DNA of 64,000 nt, from positions 32,001 to 96,000 of the IMG/VR virus record IMGVR_UViG_3300010429_000387; one strand, 5' to 3'. The position numbers were made by a program, and so were the translations under genes. The stretch is from a virus. Its lineage: Duplodnaviria > Caudoviricetes. The notes below the pieces were generated by a model. The model did no database searches. It had not been told where the DNA came from and saw nothing but the letters and a program-made list of their open reading frames with translations. Shown here one piece after another: positions 30,136 through 37,986 of this stretch (position 1 is the stretch's first letter; the number at the start of each line of letters is the position of its first letter).

Positions 30136-30358
30136 ACTTCTGAACCCGACTGAGCTTCTTGATGGCGTACTCCCGTTTGAGAGCTTCACTTTTCCCCGGT
30201 GTCTCTTCCAGGTAGACCATGCGCCAAGGTCTACCTGCTCGGGTGAACTTGGCCCCCTTACCTTCGTTGTGTGTCTTGAGTCGCCTTTCCGGCTCCGGGG
30301 ACACCCCAGTGTAGAGTTTTCCGGTGACCTCGCTCTGGAGGATGTAGACGAACCACAT
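30047..30358 (-). CDS. GIY-YIG nuclease (YhbQ-like)
   Basis: WFVYIL...LYTG...RRL..HN.GKGAKFTR..RP; ALKREYAIK. Confidence 0.85.
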   Translation of the reverse strand: MWFVYILQSEVTGKLYTGVSPEPERRLKTHNEGKGAKFTRAGRPWRMVYLEETPGKSEALKREYAIKKLSRVQKFSLIQGTSRSRMLPSVTLVRSVLEGPWPS

Positions 30359-30923
30359 GGACCCAGTTGAGTTTCTCAGCAAGTTCACCCTTGGAGGGGC
30401 CGAGTCCTGGAAGGCTCGGCCCTTCTTGCTTCGTGCGGGCCGCGTCTCTTGGTCGGTGGCTTCCAGCGGGTACATGCTTGTGGCCCTTCGACAGTCCGTG
30501 GTGAAGCCCTTCGCTGAGGCCCCCATTGAGAAGCTGGTTCGCTACCTACTGACCCCACCGGGGCCGGGGGTCGAGATCGAGGTGGCAGCCCTCCGAGCCT
30601 GGGCCGGGGATCCTCCTTCGGGGATGGTACCCCCTGAGGAGGTTCTTGAAGACCGGGTGGGGGTCCTTCTCGGGCGAGTCATCGACCTCAGGAAACTTGC
30701 TTGGCTGCTCCAGCACTTGGAGGGGGTCAGCAAGCTATATGTCTGGGATACCTCGGAGACCTTTGATGTTTGGTCCCTGAGCTTCGAGTGGGACCAGGGG
30801 CGGGGCCGGGCGATCATCGCTGGGGTGAACTGGGAGCCCGAGCCGACTGACCTTGTGTTCGAGGTGGAGAAGACAGTGGAGGAGGATGCCTACGACCTGG
30901 TGATGAGCCTGGTGGACGAGTAG
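30357..30923 (+). CDS. hypothetical protein
   Basis: 188-aa ORF. Confidence 0.5.
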   Translation: MDPVEFLSKFTLGGAESWKARPFLLRAGRVSWSVASSGYMLVALRQSVVKPFAEAPIEKLVRYLLTPPGPGVEIEVAALRAWAGDPPSGMVPPEEVLEDRVGVLLGRVIDLRKLAWLLQHLEGVSKLYVWDTSETFDVWSLSFEWDQGRGRAIIAGVNWEPEPTDLVFEVEKTVEEDAYDLVMSLVDE

Positions 30924-30925
30924 CC

Positions 30926-31540
30926 CTACCAGGTGAAGTCGCCTTCGGACTTCTTCATTTTCATTCTGTGGATCAGCATTGGACCGAGGAACATGCTGGC
31001 GAAGGTCCCCCCAGCCCAGCGCTTCCTGTCGTAGTCGCTGTTGTTTCGCATCGCTCTTTCACGACGCATCTTGATGTTGTAGGCGGCAGCGTCGATGGCT
31101 TGTTGACGGTACCCACCATAGATGGGGGCGTGGACGAGCACCCAGGTTGAGAAGTCAACATAGCCCTCATCGTAGAAGGGGTCGTTCGAGGGGAACTGGG
31201 AGTAGGACCCGTGGACCAGCTCATGGGTCAACTTCTCAAGGATTTGCCCAGGGTTACCCTCGACCGAGGGGCACAGGGAGACCTGGCCCGACTGCATGTC
31301 GAAGGAGGCCGTGGCCCCACTCATGTGCATCCCGTCGGACATAGGGTGGATGGTCGGGAGGGGCTCGGTGCCGAAGGGTCCGAGGGCCTGGATCAAGTAG
31401 CTGTAGATCCTCGGGACCCACTCCTCAACGAAGCGATCCGACTCTGACCCGAAGACCAAGCTCTTGAATTGCTTCGAGGATTTGGCTCCTGTCGAAGCTG
31501 TTCTGAGGTAGTCCATCACGGGCTCGGGGAGTTCGTTCAT
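30926..31540 (-). CDS. HExxH metallopeptidase-like protein
   Basis: LTHELVH...YDEG. Confidence 0.55.
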   Translation of the reverse strand: MNELPEPVMDYLRTASTGAKSSKQFKSLVFGSESDRFVEEWVPRIYSYLIQALGPFGTEPLPTIHPMSDGMHMSGATASFDMQSGQVSLCPSVEGNPGQILEKLTHELVHGSYSQFPSNDPFYDEGYVDFSTWVLVHAPIYGGYRQQAIDAAAYNIKMRRERAMRNNSDYDRKRWAGGTFASMFLGPMLIHRMKMKKSEGDFTW

Positions 31541-31657
31541 CACCCTTGAGCATCTCCACAAGAAGATCCGGTGTACAGAGATCAGGCCCTTCGAGGGGCT
31601 TGTTGGGGTGTAGGGTAGTATCCTACAAAAAAAGATCAAGGATCGAAGAAAAAGACC

Positions 31658-31686
31658 TTGACCCCGTCCAACTGGTGTTATAGCCT
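31658..31686 (+). promoter_or_regulatory. sigma70-type promoter of the RNA island
   Basis: TTGACC-N17-TAGCCT with an upstream A-rich tract. Confidence 0.6.
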
Positions 31687-31768
31687 TGCAGGAGTGCCGC
31701 GACCTATTTCAGGGGCGGCTCAACCGGAGTCTCAAGTGTCCTCACTATCCAGTCGCAAACCAGAATCC

Positions 31769-31900
31769 ATGAAGGCGCAATCAGCGCTTCTGGATTCGTG
31801 CGTCTTGGGTTGTGGAGCCACATTTGCGCTCGCAACGGCCCTTATTCAGCCCTGGTATCCCACCTCCAAGCGTCATTCCAATCCGGAGGTGGGACCATAG
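31769..31900 (+). CDS. putative leader peptide (43 aa)
   Basis: stop codon overlaps a candidate antiterminator strand. Confidence 0.35.
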   Translation: MKAQSALLDSCVLGCGATFALATALIQPWYPTSKRHSNPEVGP

Positions 31901-31975
31901 GGCGGCTAGACTGAGATACGGACTCCCGTAACTCGAAGCCGCCCTGGGAAACCAGAGGCGGCTTCAGTCGTTTCA
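31899..31975 (+). promoter_or_regulatory. putative attenuator (antiterminator/terminator)
   Basis: AGGGCGGCT (31899) can pair with AGCCGCCCT (31937), competing with hairpin GAAGCCGCC..GGCGGCTTC. Confidence 0.45.
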
Positions 31976-32155
31976 GGGGTCTTCGTCGAGCTGGATCGAC
32001 AACAAATCCACGGGAAACCACCCGTGGCAGCAGTAGGGATTCGTCTGAGATTTTGGACGCACGGGATTCGTGCGCCTTTTCACTGGGAAACGAGTTGGAC
32101 CATGGGAATCACTGACCTCTATCGACGCTCAACCGAAAGCGAAGCGACCGTCTAT

Positions 32156-32238
32156 GGGGTCGGGGTTCGTCCTCGGAAGGCGACTGTGACTGTAAATCAC
32201 GGGCCACTGGCTAGGCAGTTCGACTCTGCACGGCCCCA
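32156..32238 (+). tRNA. tRNA-Tyr(GTA), atypical
   Basis: loop CTGTAAA; long D stem; 4-bp T stem. Confidence 0.7.
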
Positions 32239-32242
32239 CTAT

Positions 32243-32329
32243 GGAGTCTGACCAGGTTCCTGGGAGAACCCCTGCGCTGTAAACGCAGTGCCTCTTGGCT
32301 ATGTAGTTCGATTCTACCAGGCTCCACCA
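32243..32329 (+). tRNA. tRNA-Tyr(GTA), 8/4 type
   Basis: GGAGTCTG/CAGGCTCC; GTAG/CTAC; ends ACCA. Confidence 0.75.
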
Positions 32330-32397
32330 GTGAAGAAGAAGGAAGGTTCAAGATGAAACGCAAGATCAAGCCCACGGAAGGTGGGCCAAAACAGAAA

Positions 32398-32469
32398 GGA
32401 GGCGTAGCTCAACGGTAGAGCACCGGGCTTTTAACCCGAGGGATGTGGGTTCGACTCCCTCTGCCTCCA
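32398..32469 (+). tRNA. tRNA-Lys(TTT)
   Basis: cloverleaf, loop CTTTTAA. Confidence 0.9.
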
Positions 32470-32478
32470 CTCCACAAT

Positions 32479-32552
32479 GGGCTTGTGGTGGCAATGGCTA
32501 ACATACCCGGCTCTTAACCGGAGAGATGAGGGTTCGACTCCCTCCAGGCCCA
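32479..32552 (+). tRNA. tRNA-Lys(CTT)
   Basis: cloverleaf, loop CTCTTAA. Confidence 0.85.
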
Positions 32553-32577
32553 CGAAGTTAGCAGAAGTACAGTACAT

Positions 32578-32652
32578 TCCGGGATCGTCTATTTGGTAGG
32601 ACACGGGTTTCTGAATCCCGTAAGCGTGGTTCGACTCCACGGCCCGGAGCCA
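32578..32652 (+). tRNA. tRNA-Gln(CTG)
   Basis: loop TTCTGAA, ends GCCA. Confidence 0.85.
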
Positions 32653-32702
32653 GTTCACGGAGGTAAGCCCACTGGGAGCCTCCTTGTTCCTTGACAACCT
32701 GA

Positions 32703-32824
32703 CAGGAGTAGAACGGTTCACCAGCGAACCCTCACAGGTTCGTGTGTCAGCCGGTACGTGATCGACCCTCGACCATACTGAGGGGCTACAGCGACCGGGT
32801 CTGTTGGTGGCTGCTCAACTCCTG
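32703..32824 (+). ncRNA. unassigned structured RNA
   Basis: closing stems CAGGAGT/ACTCCTG and CACCAGCG/TGTTGGTG between tRNAs. Confidence 0.35.
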
Positions 32825-32932
32825 ACCGTAATGAAGTAGAGTGCAGGTGCGCCCCCTAAAGGCTCTCCTGTGCTCGCAATGGAGGCCCCCAAGCCTCTGT
32901 TGTGGGAGGTCTGTGGCAACACAGCCTCTTTT

Positions 32933-33016
32933 TCCGGGATAGCCTAACGGCAAGGCACTTGGCTGTTAACCAAGCGAGGGGCAACCCTTTTCCAGGTTCG
33001 AGTCCTGGTCCCGGAG
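32933..33016 (+). tRNA. tRNA-Asn(GTT) with long variable arm
   Basis: loop CTGTTAA; V-arm AGGG-GCAA-CCCT. Confidence 0.85.
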
Positions 33017-33026
33017 CTGTAGAAAT

Positions 33027-33099
33027 GCTGGTGATGCTCGTGTGGACGAGCACCTGTTTCGTAAACAGGACCAAGAGGGTTCGACTCCCTTCACCAGCT
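33027..33099 (+). tRNA. tRNA-Thr(CGT)
   Basis: loop TTCGTAA. Confidence 0.88.
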
Positions 33100-33100
33100 C

Positions 33101-33177
33101 TGCGGGATGGAGCAGCCTGGAAGCTCGTTTGGCTCATAACCAAAAGGCCGCTGGTTCAAATCCAGCTCCCGCTACCA
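33101..33177 (+). tRNA. tRNA-Met(CAT), initiator-like
   Basis: 1:72 mismatch, GAGCAGCCTGG D arm, TTCAAAT T loop, ends ACCA. Confidence 0.88.
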
Positions 33178-33178
33178 A

Positions 33179-33246
33179 GGGCGAATGCCAGTGTCAGGAC
33201 TACATTCATTTGGAGAACCATGTCTTGACCACACCTCTTGTCGCCC
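33179..33246 (+). ncRNA. Y RNA-like copy 1 (minimal cargo)
   Basis: GGGCGAATGCC..GGACTACA..GTCTTGAC..CTTGTCGCCC. Confidence 0.75.
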
Positions 33247-33251
33247 CCTAT

Positions 33252-33323
33252 GGCCTCGTCTGCTAACGGTAGGCAAGCTGATTCTCAATCAGCAAACGGT
33301 GGGTTCAACTCCCCCCGAGGTCA
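33252..33323 (+). tRNA. tRNA-Glu(CTC)
   Basis: loop TTCTCAA. Confidence 0.8.
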
Positions 33324-33327
33324 CTAC

Positions 33328-33398
33328 GGCCCCATCGACTAACGGTAGGTCACCACCCTTTCAAGGTGCGGATACGGGTTCAATTCCCGTTGGGGTCA
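33328..33398 (+). tRNA. tRNA-Glu(TTC)
   Basis: loop CTTTCAA. Confidence 0.88.
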
Positions 33399-33421
33399 CC
33401 CTCTCGGTGTCATCTACCCTC

Positions 33422-33607
33422 ATGCCGACCTACGAGTACAAATGCAAGGCGTGTGAGAAGACCTGGGAGCAGGACCAGAGCATCAAGGAGCCCCCGGCCA
33501 AGGACTGCCCTCATTGTGGCAAGCCAGAGGCCCAAAGGCTCATCAGCGGAGGGGTCAACTTCCAGCTCATGGGTGGAGGTTGGTCCGGTGAGGGGTACTC
33601 GAAGTAG
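33422..33607 (+). CDS. FmdB-family zinc-ribbon protein
   Basis: MPTYEYKCKAC...CPHCG...RLIS...GGGW. Confidence 0.85.
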   Translation: MPTYEYKCKACEKTWEQDQSIKEPPAKDCPHCGKPEAQRLISGGVNFQLMGGGWSGEGYSK

Positions 33608-33618
33608 GAGGTCGCAAG

Positions 33619-33804
33619 ATGCCCGAGAACGAGTTCACCTTGGTACCCAGGCTTGAGGAGACTGAACCGGAGCCGACCGAAGAAGACCTCCGAAGAATGG
33701 AGGAACACAGGCGTCGGATGGATGAGGAGAGGCGTCTTGCCATCGAGGCAGGGGAGCGGCTACCCCCTCTGAACGGGGAACTGCTCTGGCCCACGAAGGA
33801 CTGA
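33619..33804 (+). CDS. hypothetical protein
   Basis: AGGAGG SD. Confidence 0.5.
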   Translation: MPENEFTLVPRLEETEPEPTEEDLRRMEEHRRRMDEERRLAIEAGERLPPLNGELLWPTKD

Positions 33805-33807
33805 TGT

Positions 33808-33889
33808 GGCTGGGTGGCGGAACGGCAGACGCAGGGACCTTAAAATTCCCCGCCCTTGTGGCGTGAGGGTTCGACTCCCTCTCCAGCTA
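33808..33889 (+). tRNA. tRNA-Leu(TAA)
   Basis: loop CTTAAAA, variable arm. Confidence 0.85.
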
Positions 33890-33895
33890 CCCCAT

Positions 33896-33971
33896 GGTCA
33901 GATAGCTCAGACGGTAGAGCACTTGACTGAAAATCAAGGTGTCACCGGTTCAACTCCGGTTCTGACCACCA
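33896..33971 (+). tRNA. tRNA-Phe(GAA)
   Basis: loop CTGAAAA, ends ACCA. Confidence 0.92.
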
Positions 33972-34109
33972 AACAACGAATGAATGAGAGACTAGCCCAG
34001 AGCCTTGATGTGTGAGATCGAAAGAGGGGTTACCCTCTTCTCATAGTGGCTTGACTGGCACTTAGAAGGGCTCCTACTCTGGCCGTCTTTCAATCACTTG
34101 TCGTTGTTT
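33972..34109 (+). ncRNA. Y RNA-like copy 2 (non-tRNA cargo)
   Basis: AACAACGAATGA..GACTA..GTCTTTCA..CTTGTCGTTGTT. Confidence 0.7.
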
Positions 34110-34112
34110 TCT

Positions 34113-34186
<74 letters not shown>

Positions 34187-34188
34187 CC

Positions 34189-34259
34189 CTGACGAATGCC
34201 AGTGAGGAGTACATTCACTGAAAATGAAAAAGCCCTCTTCACATCCCACTTGTCGTCAG
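34189..34259 (+). ncRNA. Y RNA-like copy 3 (Phe anticodon-hairpin cargo)
   Basis: CTGACGAATGCC..GGAGTACA TTCA-CTGAAAA-TGAA..CTTGTCGTCAG. Confidence 0.75.
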
Positions 34260-34264
34260 AACTT

Positions 34265-34352
34265 GCTCGGATGCTGGAATCTTGGCAGACAGCACCGGCT
34301 GAGAACCGGTGGCCCTAGTGGTGTGGGGGTTCAAGTCCCCCTCCGAGCACCA
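34265..34352 (+). tRNA. tRNA-Leu(GAG)
   Basis: loop CTGAGAA, ends ACCA. Confidence 0.88.
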
Positions 34353-34353
34353 T

Positions 34354-34493
34354 GCACCAAATGCTGACAGGACTACAACCCCCCGCCATGAGCCTCGAAG
34401 CCTAGGTTCCGAGGTTGATGGGGGGGTCCGGTTGTGGCTTACGGTCCAACGTGGGTTGCGTCCGATCAACGTCTTGACTCCCCTTGTTGGTGC
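34354..34493 (+). ncRNA. Y RNA-like copy 4
   Basis: GCACCAAATGC..CAGGACTACA..GTCTTG..CTTGTTGGTGC. Confidence 0.7.
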
Positions 34494-34496
34494 TAT

Positions 34497-34569
34497 GCTG
34501 AAGAAGCTCAAATGGTAGAGCGACGGTCTGAAAAGCCGTGCGTAGCCGGTTCGATTCCGGCCTTCAGCA
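34497..34569 (+). tRNA. tRNA-Phe(GAA)
   Basis: loop CTGAAAA. Confidence 0.88.
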
Positions 34570-34571
34570 CC

Positions 34572-34735
34572 CACGATGAATGACCGTAAGGACTACATCC
34601 AATCCTAATGGGGTGGTCACAGGGTTCGATTCCCTGTTCCCGGAACCAAGCTCTTGACCCAGGTCGAGGGTTTGGTTCCGGGATAGCTCAGTGGTAGAGC
34701 ACCTAAAAGTTGTCTTTGCACCACTTGTCATCGTG
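34572..34735 (+). ncRNA. Y RNA (YrlA-like) copy 5, permuted tRNA cargo
   Basis: CACGATGAATG..GGACTACA; T arm, then closed acceptor, then D arm; CTTGTCATCGTG. Confidence 0.85.
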
Positions 34736-34782
34736 AACTCTTTCAGGTGTCAGACCCCGACCGGGTCAGGCGTCTGGTAGTC

Positions 34783-34889
34783 GAAGGCCGAATGAAGCTG
34801 GGTCTACAACCTGCCAACCATAGGACTGGGAGGTTCGATTCCTCTCCGACGGGCTGGTGCCCTTGACTCATCACCACTTGTCGGCCTTC
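34783..34889 (+). ncRNA. Y RNA-like copy 6 (T-arm cargo)
   Basis: GAAGGCCGAATG..CTACA..GGAGGTTCGATTCCTCT..CTTGTCGGCCTTC. Confidence 0.75.
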
Positions 34890-34898
34890 ACAATTTCT

Positions 34899-34973
34899 CT
34901 GGGTGTGGCTCAACCTGGTTAGAGCACTTGACTGGGGGTCAAGGGATTGCCGGTTCAAATCCGGCCACCCAGA
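34899..34973 (+). tRNA. tRNA-Pro(GGG)
   Basis: loop CTGGGGG. Confidence 0.88.
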
Positions 34974-35128
34974 CTATAAGGCCAGCATTGATCATCCACC
35001 TCTTCGGAGGTGGGCTGGCTGAATCACCGAACTTCGCCGTGAGTTCGGGCATCTTGCCGTAGACCCCGTTGCAAGCAGCGGATAGAGGCAAGCTCTGGGT
35101 ACCTGGAAAACCAGGCGTAGCGGCTCAT

Positions 35129-35215
35129 GCTCGGATGCTGGAACTTGGCAGACAGGCCGGTCTCAGAAGCCGGTGCCCTAGTGGCGTGGGGGTTCAAGTC
35201 CCCCTCCGAGCACCA
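35129..35215 (+). tRNA. tRNA-Leu(CAG)
   Basis: loop CTCAGAA, ends ACCA. Confidence 0.9.
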
Positions 35216-35305
35216 TGCCCCCTGGAGCCGGGTCGTAGACCCGTTGGGGCGTCGAAAGGACGCAGATCCAGGTAGCTTGCCTCCGGCTATAAACGGGGGT
35301 TCCAT

Positions 35306-35379
<74 letters not shown>

Positions 35380-35401
35380 CCGATCTGGTGTAGATCAGAT
35401 C

Positions 35402-35698
35402 GACCCTCGAATGCCGGTTTGGAGTACATCAACATAACGACCTTAAAGTAGCGATGTTCCCGTGAGGGACTAGCGATGGCACCAGAGCCCTAAGCGGTAA
35501 CACGCCGGGCCAGAGACTCCTCGACCAGGGCAACCTGGTATCGAGATCCCCCAGGACCAGGAACGCCTGGTAGCAAGGTGACTCTCGTGAGTCAAAGGTG
35601 CGGGACGAGCGGTCACTTGAAAGGGCTATCAGCCCTTCTCATAGTGGTAATGCGTAGGTGGGCGAAAGCCCTTCTCTGAGCCAAACTTGTCGATGGTC
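35402..35698 (+). ncRNA. Y RNA-like copy 7 (large ~240-nt cargo)
   Basis: GACCCTCGAATGCCGGTTTGGAGTACA...CTCTGAGCC..CTTGTCGATGGTC. Confidence 0.7.
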
Positions 35699-35703
35699 AC
35701 TAT

Positions 35704-35785
35704 GCGAAGGTGGCGGAATGGCAGACGCACTAGCTTGAGGTGCTAGCGGGTAACTCCCGTGGGGGTTCGAGTCCCCCTCTTCGCA
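35704..35785 (+). tRNA. tRNA-Leu(GAG)
   Basis: loop TTGAGGT. Confidence 0.9.
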
Positions 35786-35786
35786 C

Positions 35787-35940
35787 TGTCGTGAATGATC
35801 CGAGGACTACAATGGAAATCTCTCACTCGTAAGGGTATGTGGGTTCGAGTCCCACCATCTCGGGGCAACCTGGGGTGTGGCGGAATGGCAGACGCAAGAG
35901 AAGCCGCAAGGCTTGAAGTCTTCAACCACTTGTCACGACA
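35787..35940 (+). ncRNA. Y RNA (YrlA-like) copy 8, permuted tRNA-Leu-like cargo
   Basis: TGTCGTGAATG..GGACTACA; V arm, T arm, GCAA-capped acceptor, Leu-type D arm GCGGAATGGCAGACGC; CTTGTCACGACA. Confidence 0.85.
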
Positions 35941-35946
35941 AATTAC

Positions 35947-36019
35947 CACGGATTAGCCTGGTGGTCAGGCGCTCGGCTCTGGGACCGAGTCAACGATGGT
36001 TCGAGCCCATCATCCGTGA
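35947..36019 (+). tRNA. tRNA-Pro-like with 8-nt anticodon loop
   Basis: CTCGG-CTCTGGGA-CCGAG; C1-G72, A73. Confidence 0.7.
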
Positions 36020-36051
36020 CAAGGTACCCACCGCCTTCAAGGGTGGGGCAT

Positions 36052-36125
36052 CAGGGTGTACCTCAACCTGGTAGAGGGTCGGCTTTGGGTGCCGAACGTT
36101 GCTGGTTCAAGTCCAGTCACCCTGA
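36052..36125 (+). tRNA. tRNA-Pro(TGG)
   Basis: loop TTTGGGT. Confidence 0.88.
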
Positions 36126-36131
36126 CAATTT

Positions 36132-36218
36132 GGAAGGTGAACCGTACAGGGTACGGCCTGGCCTCGAAAACCAAGGGCACGTCGAGAGGCGTGTGGGATT
36201 CGACTTCTCCGCCTTCCG
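36132..36218 (+). tRNA. tRNA-Ser(CGA), 8/4 type
   Basis: GGAAGGTG/CGCCTTCC; 6-bp D stem; long V arm. Confidence 0.75.
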
Positions 36219-36290
36219 CCGGGAGACGAGTTCCTGACGAGGCCCTTCCCTCGGGAAGCCCCTTCTCAGATACTCGTTCCCCATTCACAT

Positions 36291-36374
36291 GGAAGCTGAC
36301 GGGTGTGTGGACGCCCAATCGGTTGCTACCCGATCTGCACCGCAAGGTGAGAGGTTCGACTCCTCCTGCTTCCG
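36291..36374 (+). tRNA. tRNA-Ser(GCT), 8/4 type
   Basis: D arm GGGTGT-GTGG-ACGCCC; loop TTGCTAC. Confidence 0.78.
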
Positions 36375-36384
36375 CTGTTCGTTT

Positions 36385-36471
36385 GGAAGGTAACGGCTGT
36401 GTGGACGGCCACCCGCCTGGAAAGCGGCGTATGCCTCAAAAGGGCATCTGGTTCGACTCCAGTACCTTCCT
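36385..36471 (+). tRNA. tRNA-Ser(GGA), 8/4 type
   Basis: GGAAGGTA/TACCTTCC; CTGG/CCAG; D arm GGCTGT-GTGG-ACGGCC. Confidence 0.8.
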
Positions 36472-36473
36472 CT

Positions 36474-36547
36474 GTGGCCGTAGCTCAAAGGTAGAGCGCC
36501 TGGTTGTGGCCCAGGTGGTGTGAGTTCAATTCTCATCGGTCACCCCA
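36474..36547 (+). tRNA. tRNA-His(GTG)
   Basis: loop TTGTGGC, C73, ends CCA. Confidence 0.9.
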
Positions 36548-36580
36548 ACCACAACCTTCTGGTGTAGATCAGAAGGTCAT

Positions 36581-36653
36581 GTCCCAGTAGTTCAGTGGAT
36601 AGAGCGTCAGTTTCCTAAACTGAAAGTCGCTGGTTCGAGTCCAGCCTGGGACG
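36581..36653 (+). tRNA. tRNA-Arg(CCT)
   Basis: loop TTCCTAA. Confidence 0.9.
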
Positions 36654-36654
36654 C

Positions 36655-36794
36655 TGCGATGAATGACGTGGAGACTACAATACCAACCTAGATGTCGTGG
36701 GTTCGAGCCCCACCGTTCGGCCCGGAAGGGTCGGGCGTAGCTCAGTTGGCAGAGCGCCAGGCAAAAACCGGTCCCTACACCCCTTGTCATCGCA
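36655..36794 (+). ncRNA. Y RNA (YrlA-like) copy 9, permuted tRNA cargo
   Basis: TGCGATGAATG..GACTACA; GTGGGTTCGAGCCCCAC, GGAA-capped acceptor, TAGCTCAGTTGGCAGAGC; CTTGTCATCGCA. Confidence 0.88.
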
Positions 36795-36809
36795 AACTTT
36801 TCGAGACCT

Positions 36810-37274
36810 ATGGGCTACCTTCCCGACGGAGACCTGGCTTGGCTCAAGGAGCTTCACCAGAGACTCTGGCCGCCTCACCACAAGTCGAATGGCATCGTGC
36901 TGGAAGCCTACCGCCAGCTCACCCATGAGGAGCTAGAACGGGTCCTGGGTCTCATCGAGACCCATACCCTCCTGACCTCGATGGTGAGCATCGGGATGTT
37001 CGGTGGGTTCGGGATGAGGGTCTACGAGGATCCCCCAGCCTTCGGGATGCCCCCTGAGCAGGTCCTCTTCCTCCATGAGGGGCACCTTCCCCCTCCGACC
37101 AGGCTTCAACGAGCCCTCGGGGAGGTCCCCGACCCGAAACCCAGGGTACCCGGTTGTGGGAAGCCAGAAGCCTGGGACCTGTTCTCCCGGTACACTCACT
37201 CGGAGAAGAACCGGAAGGCCCTGGCGTACTTCAAGATGGACCCACCTCGGGAGCAGAGCTACTACGACTACTGA
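36810..37274 (+). CDS. hypothetical protein
   Basis: 154-aa ORF filling a gap in the RNA island. Confidence 0.55.
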   Translation: MGYLPDGDLAWLKELHQRLWPPHHKSNGIVLEAYRQLTHEELERVLGLIETHTLLTSMVSIGMFGGFGMRVYEDPPAFGMPPEQVLFLHEGHLPPPTRLQRALGEVPDPKPRVPGCGKPEAWDLFSRYTHSEKNRKALAYFKMDPPREQSYYDY

Positions 37275-37344
37275 ACCTATCAACCCCTACAGCGAAAGGA
37301 GATGCACCATGGATAGCGATTCTGGCGATTGGGATGATCTCTAC

Positions 37345-37420
37345 GGAGCGGTAGGGGAGTTCGGCCGTCCCCGGTGGCCTGTCACGCCACAGATCGTGGG
37401 TTCAAATCCCATTCGCTCCG
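37345..37420 (+). tRNA. tRNA-Asp(GTC)
   Basis: loop CTGTCAC. Confidence 0.88.
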
Positions 37421-37425
37421 CAACT

Positions 37426-37497
37426 GGACCTATACGCATCTGGTGAGGCGGCCCGCCTGTCTAGCGGGCGAGGCGAGTTCGATTCTCGTTGGGTCCG
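37426..37497 (+). tRNA. tRNA-Asp(GTC), atypical loop
   Basis: loop CTGTCTA (U37). Confidence 0.75.
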
Positions 37498-37501
37498 CTA
37501 C

Positions 37502-37572
37502 AGGGGTGTCGTTCAATGGTAGGACCGTGGCTTCCAATCCCACCAATGGGGGTTCGATTCCCTCCGCCCCTG
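37502..37572 (+). tRNA. tRNA-Trp(CCA)
   Basis: loop TTCCAAT, G73. Confidence 0.82.
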
Positions 37573-37579
37573 CAAGTTC

Positions 37580-37750
37580 ATGAAGCGTCCTTGTCCCATC
37601 TGCAAGGTCCGTCCCGTGGTGTACCTCGGGGCAGAGCACTGTTCCTACAAGTGCTGGGTGGTGTCTTTGAAGCCAGTCGAAGACAAGCGTCACGATAGAC
37701 CTCCCCTCAAGCAGCTTGATCTTCTTGTTGGGAGGTGTACAGGTAGGTAG
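37580..37750 (+). CDS. small Zn-binding protein
   Basis: MKRPCPICK...HCSYKC (read by hand, 56 aa). Confidence 0.4.
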   Translation: MKRPCPICKVRPVVYLGAEHCSYKCWVVSLKPVEDKRHDRPPLKQLDLLVGRCTGR

Positions 37751-37760
37751 CTGAAGACTT

Positions 37761-37831
37761 TGGGGTGTCGTCCAATGGCAGGACACCGGGTTCTGGCCCC
37801 GTTAATCGGAGTTCGACTCTCTGCACCCCAG
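37761..37831 (+). tRNA. tRNA-Gln(CTG)
   Basis: loop TTCTGGC. Confidence 0.85.
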
Positions 37832-37835
37832 CTAT

Positions 37836-37909
37836 TCCGGCTTCGTCCAAGGGCAGGACAGAGGTCTTTGAAGCCTCGAATCGTGGTTCGATTCCACGAG
37901 CCGGAGCCA
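37836..37909 (+). tRNA. tRNA-Gln(TTG)
   Basis: loop CTTTGAA, ends GCCA. Confidence 0.88.
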
Positions 37910-37913
37910 ACAT

Positions 37914-37986
37914 GGGGCATTAGCTCATCTGGGAGAGCGCATGACTGGCAGTCATGAGGTGATCGGTTCGAGTCCGATATGCTCCA
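37914..37986 (+). tRNA. tRNA-Ala(GGC)
   Basis: G3.U70, loop CTGGCAG. Confidence 0.9.

Noticed and set aside
34979-35050. HDV/theta-like ribozyme after tRNA-Pro
   Set aside because: A P1-like helix is present, but there is no P2 partner, L3 or catalytic J4/2.
36221-36283. Hammerhead (CTGACGA)
   Set aside because: No GAAA core after stem II; it is a simple hairpin.
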